Shown here: positions 40,621 to 50,777 of the stretch, piece by piece
How the letters are laid out: every line of letters begins with the position of its first letter
Numbering within the stretch: the stretch's first letter is position 1
Assembly: GCA_965197585.1 (NCBI GenBank)
Contig: OZ240215.1
Coordinates: 2,944,001 to 3,008,000 of the forward strand
Direction of reading: 5' to 3'
DNA: 64,000 nt
Source of the DNA: Dehalococcoidia bacterium
GTDB lineage: Bacteria > Chloroflexota > Dehalococcoidia > Plut-88900
Translations under genes and position numbers: made by a program
The notes under the pieces: model-generated
What the model was told of the DNA's origin: nothing
Databases searched by the model: none
Seen by the model: the letters and a program-made list of their open reading frames with translations, nothing else

Positions 40621-40644
40621 CTTCCCAAATGTGACACGACCCGA

Positions 40645-40673
40645 TTGACGGGCTGGTGCGCAGGTGCTAGATT
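40645..40673 (+). promoter_or_regulatory. tRNA-Met promoter
   Basis: TTGACG-17-TAGATT. Confidence 0.6.
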
Positions 40674-40703
40674 ATTTTCCGCCCTGCCCCGACGGTAATT
40701 CTC

Positions 40704-40779
40704 GGCAACGTAGCTCAGCGGTTAGAGCGGGGTCTTCATAAGGCCTAGGTCGCTGGTTCGAACCCAGCCGTTGCCACCA
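40704..40779 (+). tRNA. tRNA-Met(CAT), probably elongator
   Basis: gggtc-tt CAT aa-ggcct, paired G1-C72, CCA end. Ile2 is not fully excluded. Confidence 0.9.
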
Positions 40780-40882
40780 ATTCTCCTTCCAAAACAGTTA
40801 AGGCTACTATCTCGCAAGTGCACAAATGTGCTACAATTGGTCCAAACCAGAGGGAGCGATATTAGGTGCTCTAGATGTAACT

Positions 40883-42055
40883 ATGGAAATCACAACATGC
40901 TTTCGGTGTCGAAGGCCCATCACAACTGCCAACAACTCTGAGGAACACATAATCCCCAATGCCATCGGAGGGCGAAAAAAGGTGGGGGGGTTCATCTGTA
41001 GAGGCTGCAACAGTACCGTCGGTTCCAAGTGGGATGCCGCACTAACTCGTAAACTGAATCCACTTGCACTACTTCTTGGCATCACTCGGCAACGGGGAAG
41101 TATTCGCCCAGAGATTTTTGACACTCTAGACGGCAATGCCGTTCGCATGAATGCAGACGGGAAGATGTCTCTCGCAAAGCCCACATTTGATAAAAAAACG
41201 GATGGGGCTACCACCAGAATACAAATCAAGGCTGGGACAAAAGAGGAGGCTTTGCATATTCTCAAGGGGGTACGCGAAAAGTATCCTCAACTAAGACATC
41301 GTAAAGTAGACGAAATATACTCGGCGTTTCAGGAGAAGTCCCACTACGACCCCAGCCCGCTACGCATCGAGCTTGACTTTGGGGGTGTAGACTGCGGTAG
41401 GTCGATAGTAAAGTCTGCTGTGGCATTAGTTTTCGAGGCCGGCATCCGCCCTGAACAGTGCAACATTGCTCTCAGTTACTTATTGAGCGATGGCGAGGAG
41501 CCTTGTTTTGGTTATTACTACACTAAGGACAAGGACATTATCCTTAATCGACCACCCCAAACACCTATCCATTGCGTGTATGTAGAAGGTCGTTCGGAAG
41601 AATCGTCCATCGTTGGTTACATTGAGCTCTTCAGTCTATGGCGAATCGTGTTTTGTCTATCTGATACATACAAAGGTAGTGACTTCACGCATGCATATGC
41701 TGTGGACCCAATCAAGGGCGAAGAGTTAGATGTATCGGTCAATCTTGATCTCTCCCTGTCCGAGATTCACGAGGCTTACGAATATGAACATCTTGACTAT
41801 GAAGTTTACAAAGATGTGATCTGCCAAGTGCTCGATAAAATTCAAACACTTGACTTCAATCGCGCCATGAGGCAAGCGATCGAAAATGCGATCGACGCCG
41901 CCTGCATTAAGTCTGGAATCAAAGAAGGAGACGTTCTGTCCGAGGACCAGATTGGCGTTCTTGCAAAAGACGTGGCAGAGGGAATGGTGCCCTTTATCAC
42001 TCACAACATTAGTCCTAGACCTAGTCTTGAAGAGCTTGTTCACCAAGATTGTTAG
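40883..42055 (+). CDS. HNH endonuclease-domain protein
   Basis: CxxC…SEEHIIPNAIGG…ICRGCN motif; low GC. Confidence 0.85.
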   Translation: MEITTCFRCRRPITTANNSEEHIIPNAIGGRKKVGGFICRGCNSTVGSKWDAALTRKLNPLALLLGITRQRGSIRPEIFDTLDGNAVRMNADGKMSLAKPTFDKKTDGATTRIQIKAGTKEEALHILKGVREKYPQLRHRKVDEIYSAFQEKSHYDPSPLRIELDFGGVDCGRSIVKSAVALVFEAGIRPEQCNIALSYLLSDGEEPCFGYYYTKDKDIILNRPPQTPIHCVYVEGRSEESSIVGYIELFSLWRIVFCLSDTYKGSDFTHAYAVDPIKGEELDVSVNLDLSLSEIHEAYEYEHLDYEVYKDVICQVLDKIQTLDFNRAMRQAIENAIDAACIKSGIKEGDVLSEDQIGVLAKDVAEGMVPFITHNISPRPSLEELVHQDC

Positions 42056-42127
42056 GCTTGGCAACCAAAGGTCTTCGTATACCCCCAGGAAAGAATTTCC
42101 ACTGAAACAATCAAAATTCGTGCCTGG

Positions 42128-42298
42128 ATGATCGCATCAATCAAAAATCTCCCCACCTTGATCCTCCCGGCCCGCCTCGCCCTGCTGGTCATCGCCTGTG
42201 GAGATGAACCCGGCCCCTACCGCATAGGTGCCGAGGAGGACGGCGTGGTCCTGTTCTCGGGGCTGGCCAGCAACCCCGACATCGCCAATGCCTTATAG
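42128..42298 (+). pseudogene. internally deleted remnant of an ABC substrate-binding lipoprotein
   Basis: 56-aa ORF: LVIAC lipobox, YRIG, then AEEDGVVLFSGLASNPDIANA. Confidence 0.45.
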
Positions 42299-42309
42299 TC
42301 CTCAGTGAA

Positions 42310-43083
42310 TTGAAGAAGCTGCCAAGCAATAAGAGAAATCACAGAAGGCTCCCCACGCGTGGTCAAGACCGAGTCCACTTCAACGGCACGATCATCGACT
42401 ACGAAATCCGCCGCAGCCCGCGGCGCAAGAAGACCGTTGAGATCAGGCTGACCCCCCAGGGAGTCCTCGTGGCCGCTCCAGCCAGGGCCTCCGACGACGC
42501 GATTCGGGACATCGTGCTCGACCGTGCCCCGTGGATCGTCAAAAGGATGTCCGAGCTTCCGGAAGAGCCGCTTCCCAGGCGCTTCGTCACCGGCGAGACC
42601 CTCCCCTATCTCGGCCGCAACGTCGAGATGATCGTCGAAGACGGAGCGACTTCTTCGACCCAAGTCAGCCTCCACCAAGGTAAGTTTCAGGTCTCCGTCC
42701 GCCCCACTCTCGATAGAGGCGTGCGCCAAGAGAGCATCCTGCAAGCCTTCGCCGCGTGGTACCGGGCCCGCGCCGAGGAACACATTGCTGAGGGAGTAGA
42801 TCTCTGGTGGCCCCGACTCGGCGTGGGAGAGAGGTCACGTGTGCTCATAGGGAGCCAACGCAGCCGCTGGGGAAGCTGTGCCCCCGACGGCACCCTCCGA
42901 TTCAGCTGGCGCACCATGATGCTCCCGCCCGAGGTCATCGAGTACATCATCGTCCACGAACTGGCTCACCTGACCGTAAAGGCCCACTCCACCGAGTTCT
43001 GGGACTTCGTGTCCCGCGCCCTCCCCGACGTCAAGCATAGGCGCAAGCTTCTCCGGGAGGTGGGTCCGGCCCTCCCCCTGTAG
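42310..43083 (+). CDS. YgjP/DUF45 (M48-like) metallohydrolase
   Basis: RWGSC…LRFSW…YIIVHELAHL…HS..FW motifs. Confidence 0.92.
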   Translation: MKKLPSNKRNHRRLPTRGQDRVHFNGTIIDYEIRRSPRRKKTVEIRLTPQGVLVAAPARASDDAIRDIVLDRAPWIVKRMSELPEEPLPRRFVTGETLPYLGRNVEMIVEDGATSSTQVSLHQGKFQVSVRPTLDRGVRQESILQAFAAWYRARAEEHIAEGVDLWWPRLGVGERSRVLIGSQRSRWGSCAPDGTLRFSWRTMMLPPEVIEYIIVHELAHLTVKAHSTEFWDFVSRALPDVKHRRKLLREVGPALPL

Positions 43084-43136
43084 CCACCACATCGGCGCGC
43101 TATAGCCGGGTTATCTGTGGCATAATTTACGTAGCT

Positions 43137-44315
43137 ATGCTCCTCCTACGCCCGGCAACCGCCATCCTATTCCTGTTCGCGACCGTCCTCTTAAGCACCC
43201 TTTTCGTCGCATGTGGCGGAGCATCTACCGACTCTCCATCCCCGACTCCCGCTCCAATTCCCACCCCCACACCGGCTTCAACCGCGCTTCCACCCCCTTC
43301 GCCTAGCCCACCCCCCGAACCTATCCCCACGCCCATATACGAACGGGCTATGCAGCTCCCCCACGATGAGGGCGTCCATGCCTCTCCCCTCGAGTGGTGG
43401 TACTTCAACGGTCACGTTGCCACGGAGGGCGGACGGGTATTTAGCTATCACTTCGTGACATTCCAGTCAGTCTTGGCGGACGGATTCACTCCTCGGTTGG
43501 CACAACTCAGCTGGGCCGACCATGACATGGGTCTCCACCTGACCGCGGAGCAGCCCGACCTCCCCGTCCTGGAGACCTCCTCAGGTGAATTTGACCTTTC
43601 TATAGCAGACTGGCGCATGAGCGGAGACAGCCAGACATATCATCTCTCGTTCCAAATCGGGGACTACAGCGTGGAGTTCGAGGCCGATTCCCGGAAGCCC
43701 GCAGTGCTCCATCACGACACCGGTCTGGTAGACCTGGGCATAGCAGGCAAGACCTACTACTACTCCCGCACCGACCTGGAGACCTCGGGCACAGTGTCGG
43801 TATCCGGGGCCTCCCTTCCCGTGACCGGGGTTTCCTGGTTTGACCACCAGTGGGGAGACTTCTCCACGGCGCAGATCGGGTGGGACTGGCTCAGCCTCAA
43901 CCTGGACGACGGCTCCGACATCATGGTCTCGATAGTCTGGGAGCAGGCTGACCGAAAGCACATCGCCACCTATGGCACCTACGTCCCGGCTGACTCCCCC
44001 CCGATACATCTGCCGGCCGCCGACATCTCCCTGGAACCCACCGGGACCTGGACCAGCCCCGATACCCAAGGCGTCTACCCCGTGGGCTGGAACCTCCTCG
44101 TCGACTCCCTGGACATGGACCTCATTCTGACCCCTGCGATAGAAGAGGCGGAATTTGCCATCAGCACTTTCATACCCGTGATCTACTGGGAGGGAGGAGT
44201 GACAGCAACGGGGAGTAAGGGTGGGATCGATGTATCGGGCAGGGGGTTCGTCGAAATGGTGGGCTACGTGCCATCGGCGCCCATCGCGCCGCCAACCCCA
44301 CCGGCCCAACCCTGA
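43137..44315 (+). CDS. AttH/CrtC-like lipocalin-fold lipoprotein
   Basis: FVAC lipobox, EWWYFNG, YYYS, WFDHQWG, WDW, YWEG and GFVEMVGY motifs. Confidence 0.85.
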   Translation: MLLLRPATAILFLFATVLLSTLFVACGGASTDSPSPTPAPIPTPTPASTALPPPSPSPPPEPIPTPIYERAMQLPHDEGVHASPLEWWYFNGHVATEGGRVFSYHFVTFQSVLADGFTPRLAQLSWADHDMGLHLTAEQPDLPVLETSSGEFDLSIADWRMSGDSQTYHLSFQIGDYSVEFEADSRKPAVLHHDTGLVDLGIAGKTYYYSRTDLETSGTVSVSGASLPVTGVSWFDHQWGDFSTAQIGWDWLSLNLDDGSDIMVSIVWEQADRKHIATYGTYVPADSPPIHLPAADISLEPTGTWTSPDTQGVYPVGWNLLVDSLDMDLILTPAIEEAEFAISTFIPVIYWEGGVTATGSKGGIDVSGRGFVEMVGYVPSAPIAPPTPPAQP

Positions 44316-44414
44316 CCATCGCCTCCTCGACAGCACCAACAAATTCGATGGCGCGAACCGGATAGAATCGGCCTTAGGCTTCGGTTAACCTTGGTGTGAA
44401 TCCAGGAGACGCCG

Positions 44415-45521
44415 ATGACGACAATGCAGAGACCCTTGGAAAAGACCCGACCCGACCTCTTGTGGCAAGCCGTCCAGCAACGAGACCCGACATACGACGG
44501 CTCCTTCATCTACGCCGTAAGTTCCACCGGCATTTACTGTCGCCCCATTTGCCCCAGCCGCCGACCCTACCGAGCCAACGTTAGATTCTTTGCAGATTCC
44601 AAAGAGGCCCGGTCGGCGGGCTACCGGGCCTGCCTGCGCTGCCTCCCCGACAGGCCACGGCAAGAAAATCGCAATAGCAGCCTCGTGAAACGTGTCTGCG
44701 ATCAGATCGACTCTCACCTCAATGAGCATCCCGATGGCCTGCCTTCCCTTGCCCAGTTGAGCCAAGCCGCCGAAGTCAGCGCTTCCCACCTGCAGCGTGT
44801 ATTCAAGAAGGAAACGGGCCTGACGCCACGGCAGTACGCACACTCCAATAGACTGGAGCGCTTCAAGTCCCTCATCCGGGACGGTAGCCCAGTCTCTGCA
44901 GCGATGTTCGACTCCGGGTTCAGCTCTTCCAGCCGACTCTACGAAGACTCCGACGGCCAATTCGGCATGACCCCCGGCCGGTACAGGAGTGGTGGTGCAG
45001 GCACGACCATCGGATACCTGGTTGCGGAATCGCCACTCGGCTCTCTGCTGGTTGCGGCAACCGGCAAGGGGATCTGCTCCGTGAAGCTAGGGGACGACGC
45101 CTCAGTTCTGCTGAATGACCTGCGGGCAGAGTTCCCGGCAGCCGACTTCCAGGAGGGCGACGAGACCCTGCGAGGTTGGCTGGTATCAGTGCTGGAATAC
45201 CTGGAAGGAGAGCGTCTCGGCCTCGATTTGCCCCTCGATATTCAGGCCACGGCCTTTCAACGCCGAGTCTGGCGTATGCTGCAGTCCATCCCCTACGGCG
45301 AGACCCGGTCCTACCAGCAGATGGCCGTCGACGTGGGCCTAACCGGCAATGCCGGCCGGGCCGTCGGCAACGCTTGCGCCTCGAATCCTGTGGCGCTTGT
45401 CATCCCTTGTCATCGTGCGGTGCGAAAGGACGGCTCTCTCGGAGGCTACAGGTGGGGGCTCCATCGTAAAAAGGCCCTTCTTGCGATGGAAGATCGTAAG
45501 AGTTCCGAAGACCCCAAGTGA
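44415..45521 (+). CDS. ada: bifunctional regulator/O6-methylguanine-DNA methyltransferase Ada
   Basis: YCRPICP…ACLRC Zn site, AraC HTH, PCHR active site. Confidence 0.95.
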   Translation: MTTMQRPLEKTRPDLLWQAVQQRDPTYDGSFIYAVSSTGIYCRPICPSRRPYRANVRFFADSKEARSAGYRACLRCLPDRPRQENRNSSLVKRVCDQIDSHLNEHPDGLPSLAQLSQAAEVSASHLQRVFKKETGLTPRQYAHSNRLERFKSLIRDGSPVSAAMFDSGFSSSSRLYEDSDGQFGMTPGRYRSGGAGTTIGYLVAESPLGSLLVAATGKGICSVKLGDDASVLLNDLRAEFPAADFQEGDETLRGWLVSVLEYLEGERLGLDLPLDIQATAFQRRVWRMLQSIPYGETRSYQQMAVDVGLTGNAGRAVGNACASNPVALVIPCHRAVRKDGSLGGYRWGLHRKKALLAMEDRKSSEDPK

Positions 45522-45563
45522 GCGGCCTCCCCTGTCGATTTTCTGATTCGACTGGTCGGCAGC

Positions 45564-46274
45564 CTATGGTGTTGGGGGCTGGGCCGCTCCCACCTGACGC
45601 AGCCACAGCGCCACAACCATCGCCAAAAGCGCCATCACCGCCACCCCGATGCTCACAACCGGCCACGGCGACTGTCCCAGCGTTCCCCCAAACTGCGACA
45701 CTCCCATCCCGACCATCAGCAGCGCTCCCGTTATACCCAGGCTTCCCCCGGCCACCGCCCCTAGTACCAGCCCCTCGTTTCTCACTACCACGCCCTGCTC
45801 CCTGCTCTCAAGCCGCAGTTCCGCCAACTTCCCCTTCAGCCGCCTAAGGTCTGCAGTCCTGTGCAATGCGGTCAGCAGAAGCAGCGACACCAGTAGCAGC
45901 AGTGCCACCAGGTACTGAGGTATCTCCGTCGTGAACATCGGGTACTTCCAGAACGACAGCCAGTCCACCTGGTTGTACGAAAGGGCCGCAGGCATCTGCG
46001 GAGCAAGAGCCGCGAGGCACACCAGCCAGAACGACACTCGGCGCATTCCTCGGGCCTGAAACACCCAGTACAGCCCTATCGGTATTCCGAAGATTGCGGC
46101 CAGGATCAGCGAGAACACCGTCGAGCCCCAGTCCTCCCACTCCCGGATCGCCAGTAGCCATTCCCATCCCTTCTCCACGTCCACCGCCGCGCCTCCGGTC
46201 TGCCAGATCATCCACCCCGCCACCCCTATCAGATAACCCAACAGCGCCGTCTCCAAAATCCAGAATCTCACCAT
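45564..46274 (-). CDS. membrane protein (MoxR operon)
   Basis: ~6 TM segments; tightly coupled to the DUF58 gene. Confidence 0.75.
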   Translation of the reverse strand: MVRFWILETALLGYLIGVAGWMIWQTGGAAVDVEKGWEWLLAIREWEDWGSTVFSLILAAIFGIPIGLYWVFQARGMRRVSFWLVCLAALAPQMPAALSYNQVDWLSFWKYPMFTTEIPQYLVALLLLVSLLLLTALHRTADLRRLKGKLAELRLESREQGVVVRNEGLVLGAVAGGSLGITGALLMVGMGVSQFGGTLGQSPWPVVSIGVAVMALLAMVVALWLRQVGAAQPPTP

Positions 46275-46278
46275 CGTC

Positions 46279-47613
46279 TCACGCTCCCAGGTAGATGTGT
46301 TGCATGAGCGTAGTCGTGAAGTCCTGCTCAGCCTGGTCCCAGGAAACCACCGAAGCCCCTACCTCCCGGATCGGCTTGTACAACTGCCGGGCTTCCCATC
46401 TCATCAGGTCTTGCGTGCGTGCTTCCATAGCCGCTTCCCCCTGCCTGACTCCCGCCGCTTCCACGTGCACCACTCTGACCGGGTTCAATCTGCGCGTCCG
46501 AGACCTTAGCGCCACAAGGCGTTTTATCCCCGCGACGAACCCGTCGATGGACTGGGACTGATTCCCGTCACGAGGATAGTGAACATCCAACCGGGTAATG
46601 GCATAGACCTCCGGCTGAAGCCGGTACAGAAAGCTCTTGCACCACTCCACCGCCGCCGACAGGTCTTGCCTCGCGGGTCCCGGCTGAAGGGTGGTCAGCA
46701 TATCCGTGAGACGTTTGAACTGTTTGCGGCCCAGGTCCGGTGTCAGAATGTCGTTCGGGGTGTTGTAGATGTACGCCCCCAGCGTGTACCCCTGGGACAG
46801 ATAGTACTGGGCTATGCTGCCCGCGGCCTCCACCGCATGGTCTATCAATGATGACAGCGTCGTACCCACTTCCATGTACTCAGCCCCGTCCAGGAAGATC
46901 CAGATCGCCTTACGTCCCTCAGCCTCGTACTGATTTACCAGCAGGGGATTGGCGCTGTAGGAGTTTCGCGCACTCGCCTTCCAGTTAACTATCCGCATAG
47001 GGTCGCCTGGGGAGTAGGGCCTCAGGTCCTTGAAATCGGTTGTGGAGGGACCCAGCGTAGCCACGTCCGTCCTGAAAAAGCGGGTGTACGCCCTCGCCCG
47101 GACCTCCTTGACCCGACGCACCGCCTGAATGCGGGGCACCACTGAAAACTCCTGCGTTTCGCCCGCCGTGCCGCGGTTCCGGCGTTGAAGCCCCAGAGCG
47201 CCCTCCGTGTCCCACGACGTCTCTCCCAGTTCGTACAGTCCTCTCTTCGGGCAAAGGAACTCATAGGAAAGGTCGTAGGTCTTGGGCCCGGGCCACTTCC
47301 ACACCGCCCGGAAGTTGTTGCCCTCTACTACCTCCATTTCCGCGGGAAGCTCATCATGCACGTACAGAGTTCCGAGCCCCGATCTCACGTGCACCCTGCG
47401 CCTCACCTCCAGCCTGTCCCCCGCCCAGCACACCAAGCGCGTCATTTCTCGCTCTACCTCAATCCCCCCCGGGGGTGTCAGCAGAGTGCCCAGGAGGACT
47501 ATGAGAAGCAGGAATACCGAGCCCGCCAGCAGGATAGGGTTCCCGAACACCAGGGCCAGGGCCAGCAGAAGAAAGGCCAGCGCCAGCCACCGGGCTGGCA
47601 GCGCAGAGAGCAT
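46279..47613 (-). CDS. DUF58 domain protein
   Basis: KRGLYELG and DLRPYSPGDPMRIVNWKASAR…LLVNQYE motifs. Confidence 0.9.
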   Translation of the reverse strand: MLSALPARWLALAFLLLALALVFGNPILLAGSVFLLLIVLLGTLLTPPGGIEVEREMTRLVCWAGDRLEVRRRVHVRSGLGTLYVHDELPAEMEVVEGNNFRAVWKWPGPKTYDLSYEFLCPKRGLYELGETSWDTEGALGLQRRNRGTAGETQEFSVVPRIQAVRRVKEVRARAYTRFFRTDVATLGPSTTDFKDLRPYSPGDPMRIVNWKASARNSYSANPLLVNQYEAEGRKAIWIFLDGAEYMEVGTTLSSLIDHAVEAAGSIAQYYLSQGYTLGAYIYNTPNDILTPDLGRKQFKRLTDMLTTLQPGPARQDLSAAVEWCKSFLYRLQPEVYAITRLDVHYPRDGNQSQSIDGFVAGIKRLVALRSRTRRLNPVRVVHVEAAGVRQGEAAMEARTQDLMRWEARQLYKPIREVGASVVSWDQAEQDFTTTLMQHIYLGA

Positions 47614-48614
47614 TAGGCGCCGTCCCTGCGGCCCAGCTCGGTCGGGACCGGGACCTGCGCGACGACTTCGTCTATCACCGCCTCGGGCCTCATTCCCTGC
47701 AACGTCGCCTCGATGTTTAGTATTACGCGGTGTCCTAGAGCCTCCGAAGCCACCATTTTCACGTCGTCCGGTATGACGAAGTCTCTTCCGTGGATCAGCG
47801 CCATACTCCGGGACACCTTCAGCAGGGCAAGGCCCCCCCGAGGACTTACTCCCAGGGACACGTGGGGATGCTCCCGCGTCAACCGCACGACCTGTGTGAT
47901 GTAGTCGATCATCACCTGGTCCACATACACGTTTGTCTCTACGATCCGCTGCAACCCGACGAAGCTATTCGCATCAAGCACGGGTTCCACATCCTCGGTC
48001 GGGTCATCCTTCTGCCACTGGATGCGTCGTTGCAGAATGCTGCTTTCCTGTTCCTGGTTGGTCGGATATCCCGTCCCGAGCCGGAACAGGAATCTGTCCA
48101 GTTGTGCCTCGGGGAGAGGATATGTCCCCTCCTGTTCAATCGGGTTTTGCGTGGCGATGACCAGGAAGGGCGGCTGCAGGGGCAGAGTATCTCCATCGAT
48201 GGTGACCTGCCGCTCTTCCATCGCTTCCAGCAGCGCGGCCTGTGTCTTGGGAGGAGCGCGGTTGATTTCGTCAGCCAGCAGCACGTTGGTGAACACCGGT
48301 CCCTGGATCAGTTCGAAAGACCCCGTGTTCTGGCGCCACACCTTCGCTCCCAGAATGTCCGCAGGGAGCAGGTCGGGCGTGAACTGCACCCTCTTCGTAT
48401 TACTGCCAATTGCCTTGGTGAACACCTTCGCTAACAGCGTCTTCCCCAGCCCCGGGTAGTCTTCGAAAAGCACGTGGCCGTTGGCCAGTGCCGCAGCCAG
48501 CAGCTTCCTCAACAGCAGCCGGTTCCCGACAAAGACCTCCGATACCCTGTCTATGATCCTGTCGCATACCGGCCCCGCCTCTTCTACCTCTATCTGACTC
48601 TTGCTCTTGTCCAT
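47613..48614 (-). CDS. MoxR family AAA+ ATPase
   Basis: PGLGKT, RVQFTPDLLPAD, DEINRAPPKTQ and ATQNPIEQEGTYPLPEAQLDRF motifs. Confidence 0.96.
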   Translation of the reverse strand: MDKSKSQIEVEEAGPVCDRIIDRVSEVFVGNRLLLRKLLAAALANGHVLFEDYPGLGKTLLAKVFTKAIGSNTKRVQFTPDLLPADILGAKVWRQNTGSFELIQGPVFTNVLLADEINRAPPKTQAALLEAMEERQVTIDGDTLPLQPPFLVIATQNPIEQEGTYPLPEAQLDRFLFRLGTGYPTNQEQESSILQRRIQWQKDDPTEDVEPVLDANSFVGLQRIVETNVYVDQVMIDYITQVVRLTREHPHVSLGVSPRGGLALLKVSRSMALIHGRDFVIPDDVKMVASEALGHRVILNIEATLQGMRPEAVIDEVVAQVPVPTELGRRDGA

Positions 48615-48629
48615 TTTGTATCTCCGGCC

Positions 48630-50777
48630 CTAATCTCCCGGCAGAATGCGCCGTCGCGCGACCCCCGCCGGAGTTGTACAAATCTGCTGGTCATCCCCCA
48701 CTCTCACCCTCCACCGAGTTCCCTCCTCCGACAACACCTCTATTGCCTCTCCTTGTGGAATATTCGACGCGAAATAACGCCCCAAGCGATCGTAGACTGA
48801 CACTGGTGCGGCCAGAACGGCTAGAGGCAACTCGCCGGCTTTTCCATCTCCAAACAGGTGAGACAGTGCTGCATCGATTATCCGAGCCCGCCGCTCCTTC
48901 TGCCTCTGGTCCACGCCTTCCCTCGACCGCAGCATGGAGAGCGGACCACCCCGACCTCCATCCGTTATTGTGAGCATTGGGAACCAAAGCGCTACAGCCA
49001 GATCAAGGGGTGCGCCCTTCTGCCAATAGGCCGCGGCAAGGGTCACGGCCAGTGTCTCGGGCTGCGAGCCGTCCTCGACAAAAGACCTGCTTATTTCCCT
49101 AACTCGCTCTTCTTCTATCTCCGGCAGGGGCTCGGGGCTCCGCTTGAGGGTAGCGTCCATGCGGCTCAACGATTCAGCTAGCGCCGAGGCCCGCCTCCGC
49201 ATGGCTCGGACCCGCTTTCGAGGCCACGGGTCCCACGCAGTTGAGGTCGCGAGGTTGCGTCTCATCGGCTCGAACACGGCTGGAATCTCTTCCAGGGGCG
49301 TCCGATTGCGAAGGAGCAACCCCAACATGTACCTCCAGAGATAGCCCCACCTTCCCGTCTCGACGTATCGCTTCTGCAGGTCAACCAGCCCTTCGAGGCG
49401 CAGGTCTCGCCGCTCCTCCACTGTCTGCACGTGCCGGGACCAGTGCGGCCACTCCGCTGGAGGCCCTCCCTCGGGGAGCACCTGCTGTCTCGCGTGGCTT
49501 CTCATCCGATTTATCGCAATTGCAGCAAAGAGCACCACCGCCATCCATTCATATATCGGAGCGAACCACATCACGTCGTAGACCAATGGACGTATCAGCA
49601 AGCCGTAGAGCGCCAGAAAGGCCCCCAGGAACGCGGTCCTGTATACGGACTTCGCCAGCAGCCGGGCCGCGGCGCTCACAGCCCACATCGCGTTGGAAGT
49701 GTAGTATCGGGCCATGAAAGATAGTCCCGCCGCGAAAAAGCCGCAGGCCACCGCCGCTCCCAGCAACGGGAACCCATGTCCCAACTCTGCTATCTCCGCA
49801 CCTATGAGCCAGACCACCGCCCCGACTGTGCTGTATCCCACTGCCTTGGACAAAGGCATATAGTCCGTCCCGCCCGAGTCCCGCGCCCCCGCTGGTAGCT
49901 TAAACACGAAGTACAAGGCCGTAATGAACAGCCCAGCCAGGTGCCGCGCCTCGTAGAACTGCCCGAAATGGGGCTGTGTCGCGTATCCAATTAGAAGATG
50001 CGGCCACCTGTTTAGAAAGAGAGCGGTCACGTTTGGCAGGGAGTTGAGAGCTCCCCAAACGACCAGCCCTCCGCTCACCCCTGCTAGCAGGGCCCCTGCC
50101 CCTTTGACTACCACAGGAGACGGGGTCCACCATCTCCTCTTGTTAGACTGCGTCATCATCTTCACCGTACCGCCGAGCCTTCCGCCCGCATAGCTGGCTG
50201 CCAGGGCCACCCATAGGGCAACTTGCAGGTCTCGGTTGGGGAAGCCGTGCTCGGTCAGCCAGCCGGCGTGAAGTATCACGTAGACTATTACAAACGCTAT
50301 GAGCCGGACCCAGGGGACAGGGAAGATTTGGCTGGCAACCGGGAATTGGACACTCGAGGCCCGTACCACCGCCACAAACATGAATATCCCTGTCAACCCA
50401 CCGATCAAATTGTAGTAGGTTCCCGGGTCGGGCCGAGTACCAGCTAGGGATAGACCTGCACTCATCAGGATCGCCATCCAGGCCCCGGCCCTAAGCAAAC
50501 GTACCGCTATCCTAAGCGCCAGCCCTGTCCTTGCCCTGAATTCTTCCGGGAGTCTCAGGGTCTGCCTCAGTCTATCTTTGGGCTGTATCCAAGGCAGCAG
50601 ACTCACCACCATAGATATAAAGGCAGCGGCCAGCACGGGCCCCAGCAGCACTTGAAAGGCGAATCCCGTTTCAGGCAGTCGCAGCACTTCGAATATCCAA
50701 AGTGCCGATGCCGCAGCCACGATGGCCGCCGTGTGCAGCGCCGAGACTCTAAGCCGGGCGTCTATCTTCATCCCCAC
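48630..50777 (-). CDS. large polytopic membrane protein
   Basis: ~13 TM segments plus a soluble C-terminus; abuts both neighbouring genes. Confidence 0.75.
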   Translation of the reverse strand: MGMKIDARLRVSALHTAAIVAAASALWIFEVLRLPETGFAFQVLLGPVLAAAFISMVVSLLPWIQPKDRLRQTLRLPEEFRARTGLALRIAVRLLRAGAWMAILMSAGLSLAGTRPDPGTYYNLIGGLTGIFMFVAVVRASSVQFPVASQIFPVPWVRLIAFVIVYVILHAGWLTEHGFPNRDLQVALWVALAASYAGGRLGGTVKMMTQSNKRRWWTPSPVVVKGAGALLAGVSGGLVVWGALNSLPNVTALFLNRWPHLLIGYATQPHFGQFYEARHLAGLFITALYFVFKLPAGARDSGGTDYMPLSKAVGYSTVGAVVWLIGAEIAELGHGFPLLGAAVACGFFAAGLSFMARYYTSNAMWAVSAAARLLAKSVYRTAFLGAFLALYGLLIRPLVYDVMWFAPIYEWMAVVLFAAIAINRMRSHARQQVLPEGGPPAEWPHWSRHVQTVEERRDLRLEGLVDLQKRYVETGRWGYLWRYMLGLLLRNRTPLEEIPAVFEPMRRNLATSTAWDPWPRKRVRAMRRRASALAESLSRMDATLKRSPEPLPEIEEERVREISRSFVEDGSQPETLAVTLAAAYWQKGAPLDLAVALWFPMLTITDGGRGGPLSMLRSREGVDQRQKERRARIIDAALSHLFGDGKAGELPLAVLAAPVSVYDRLGRYFASNIPQGEAIEVLSEEGTRWRVRVGDDQQICTTPAGVARRRILPGD

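Noticed and set aside
39000-43200. dif site at the skew switch
   Set aside because: No convincing XerC/D 28-bp match was found by eye.
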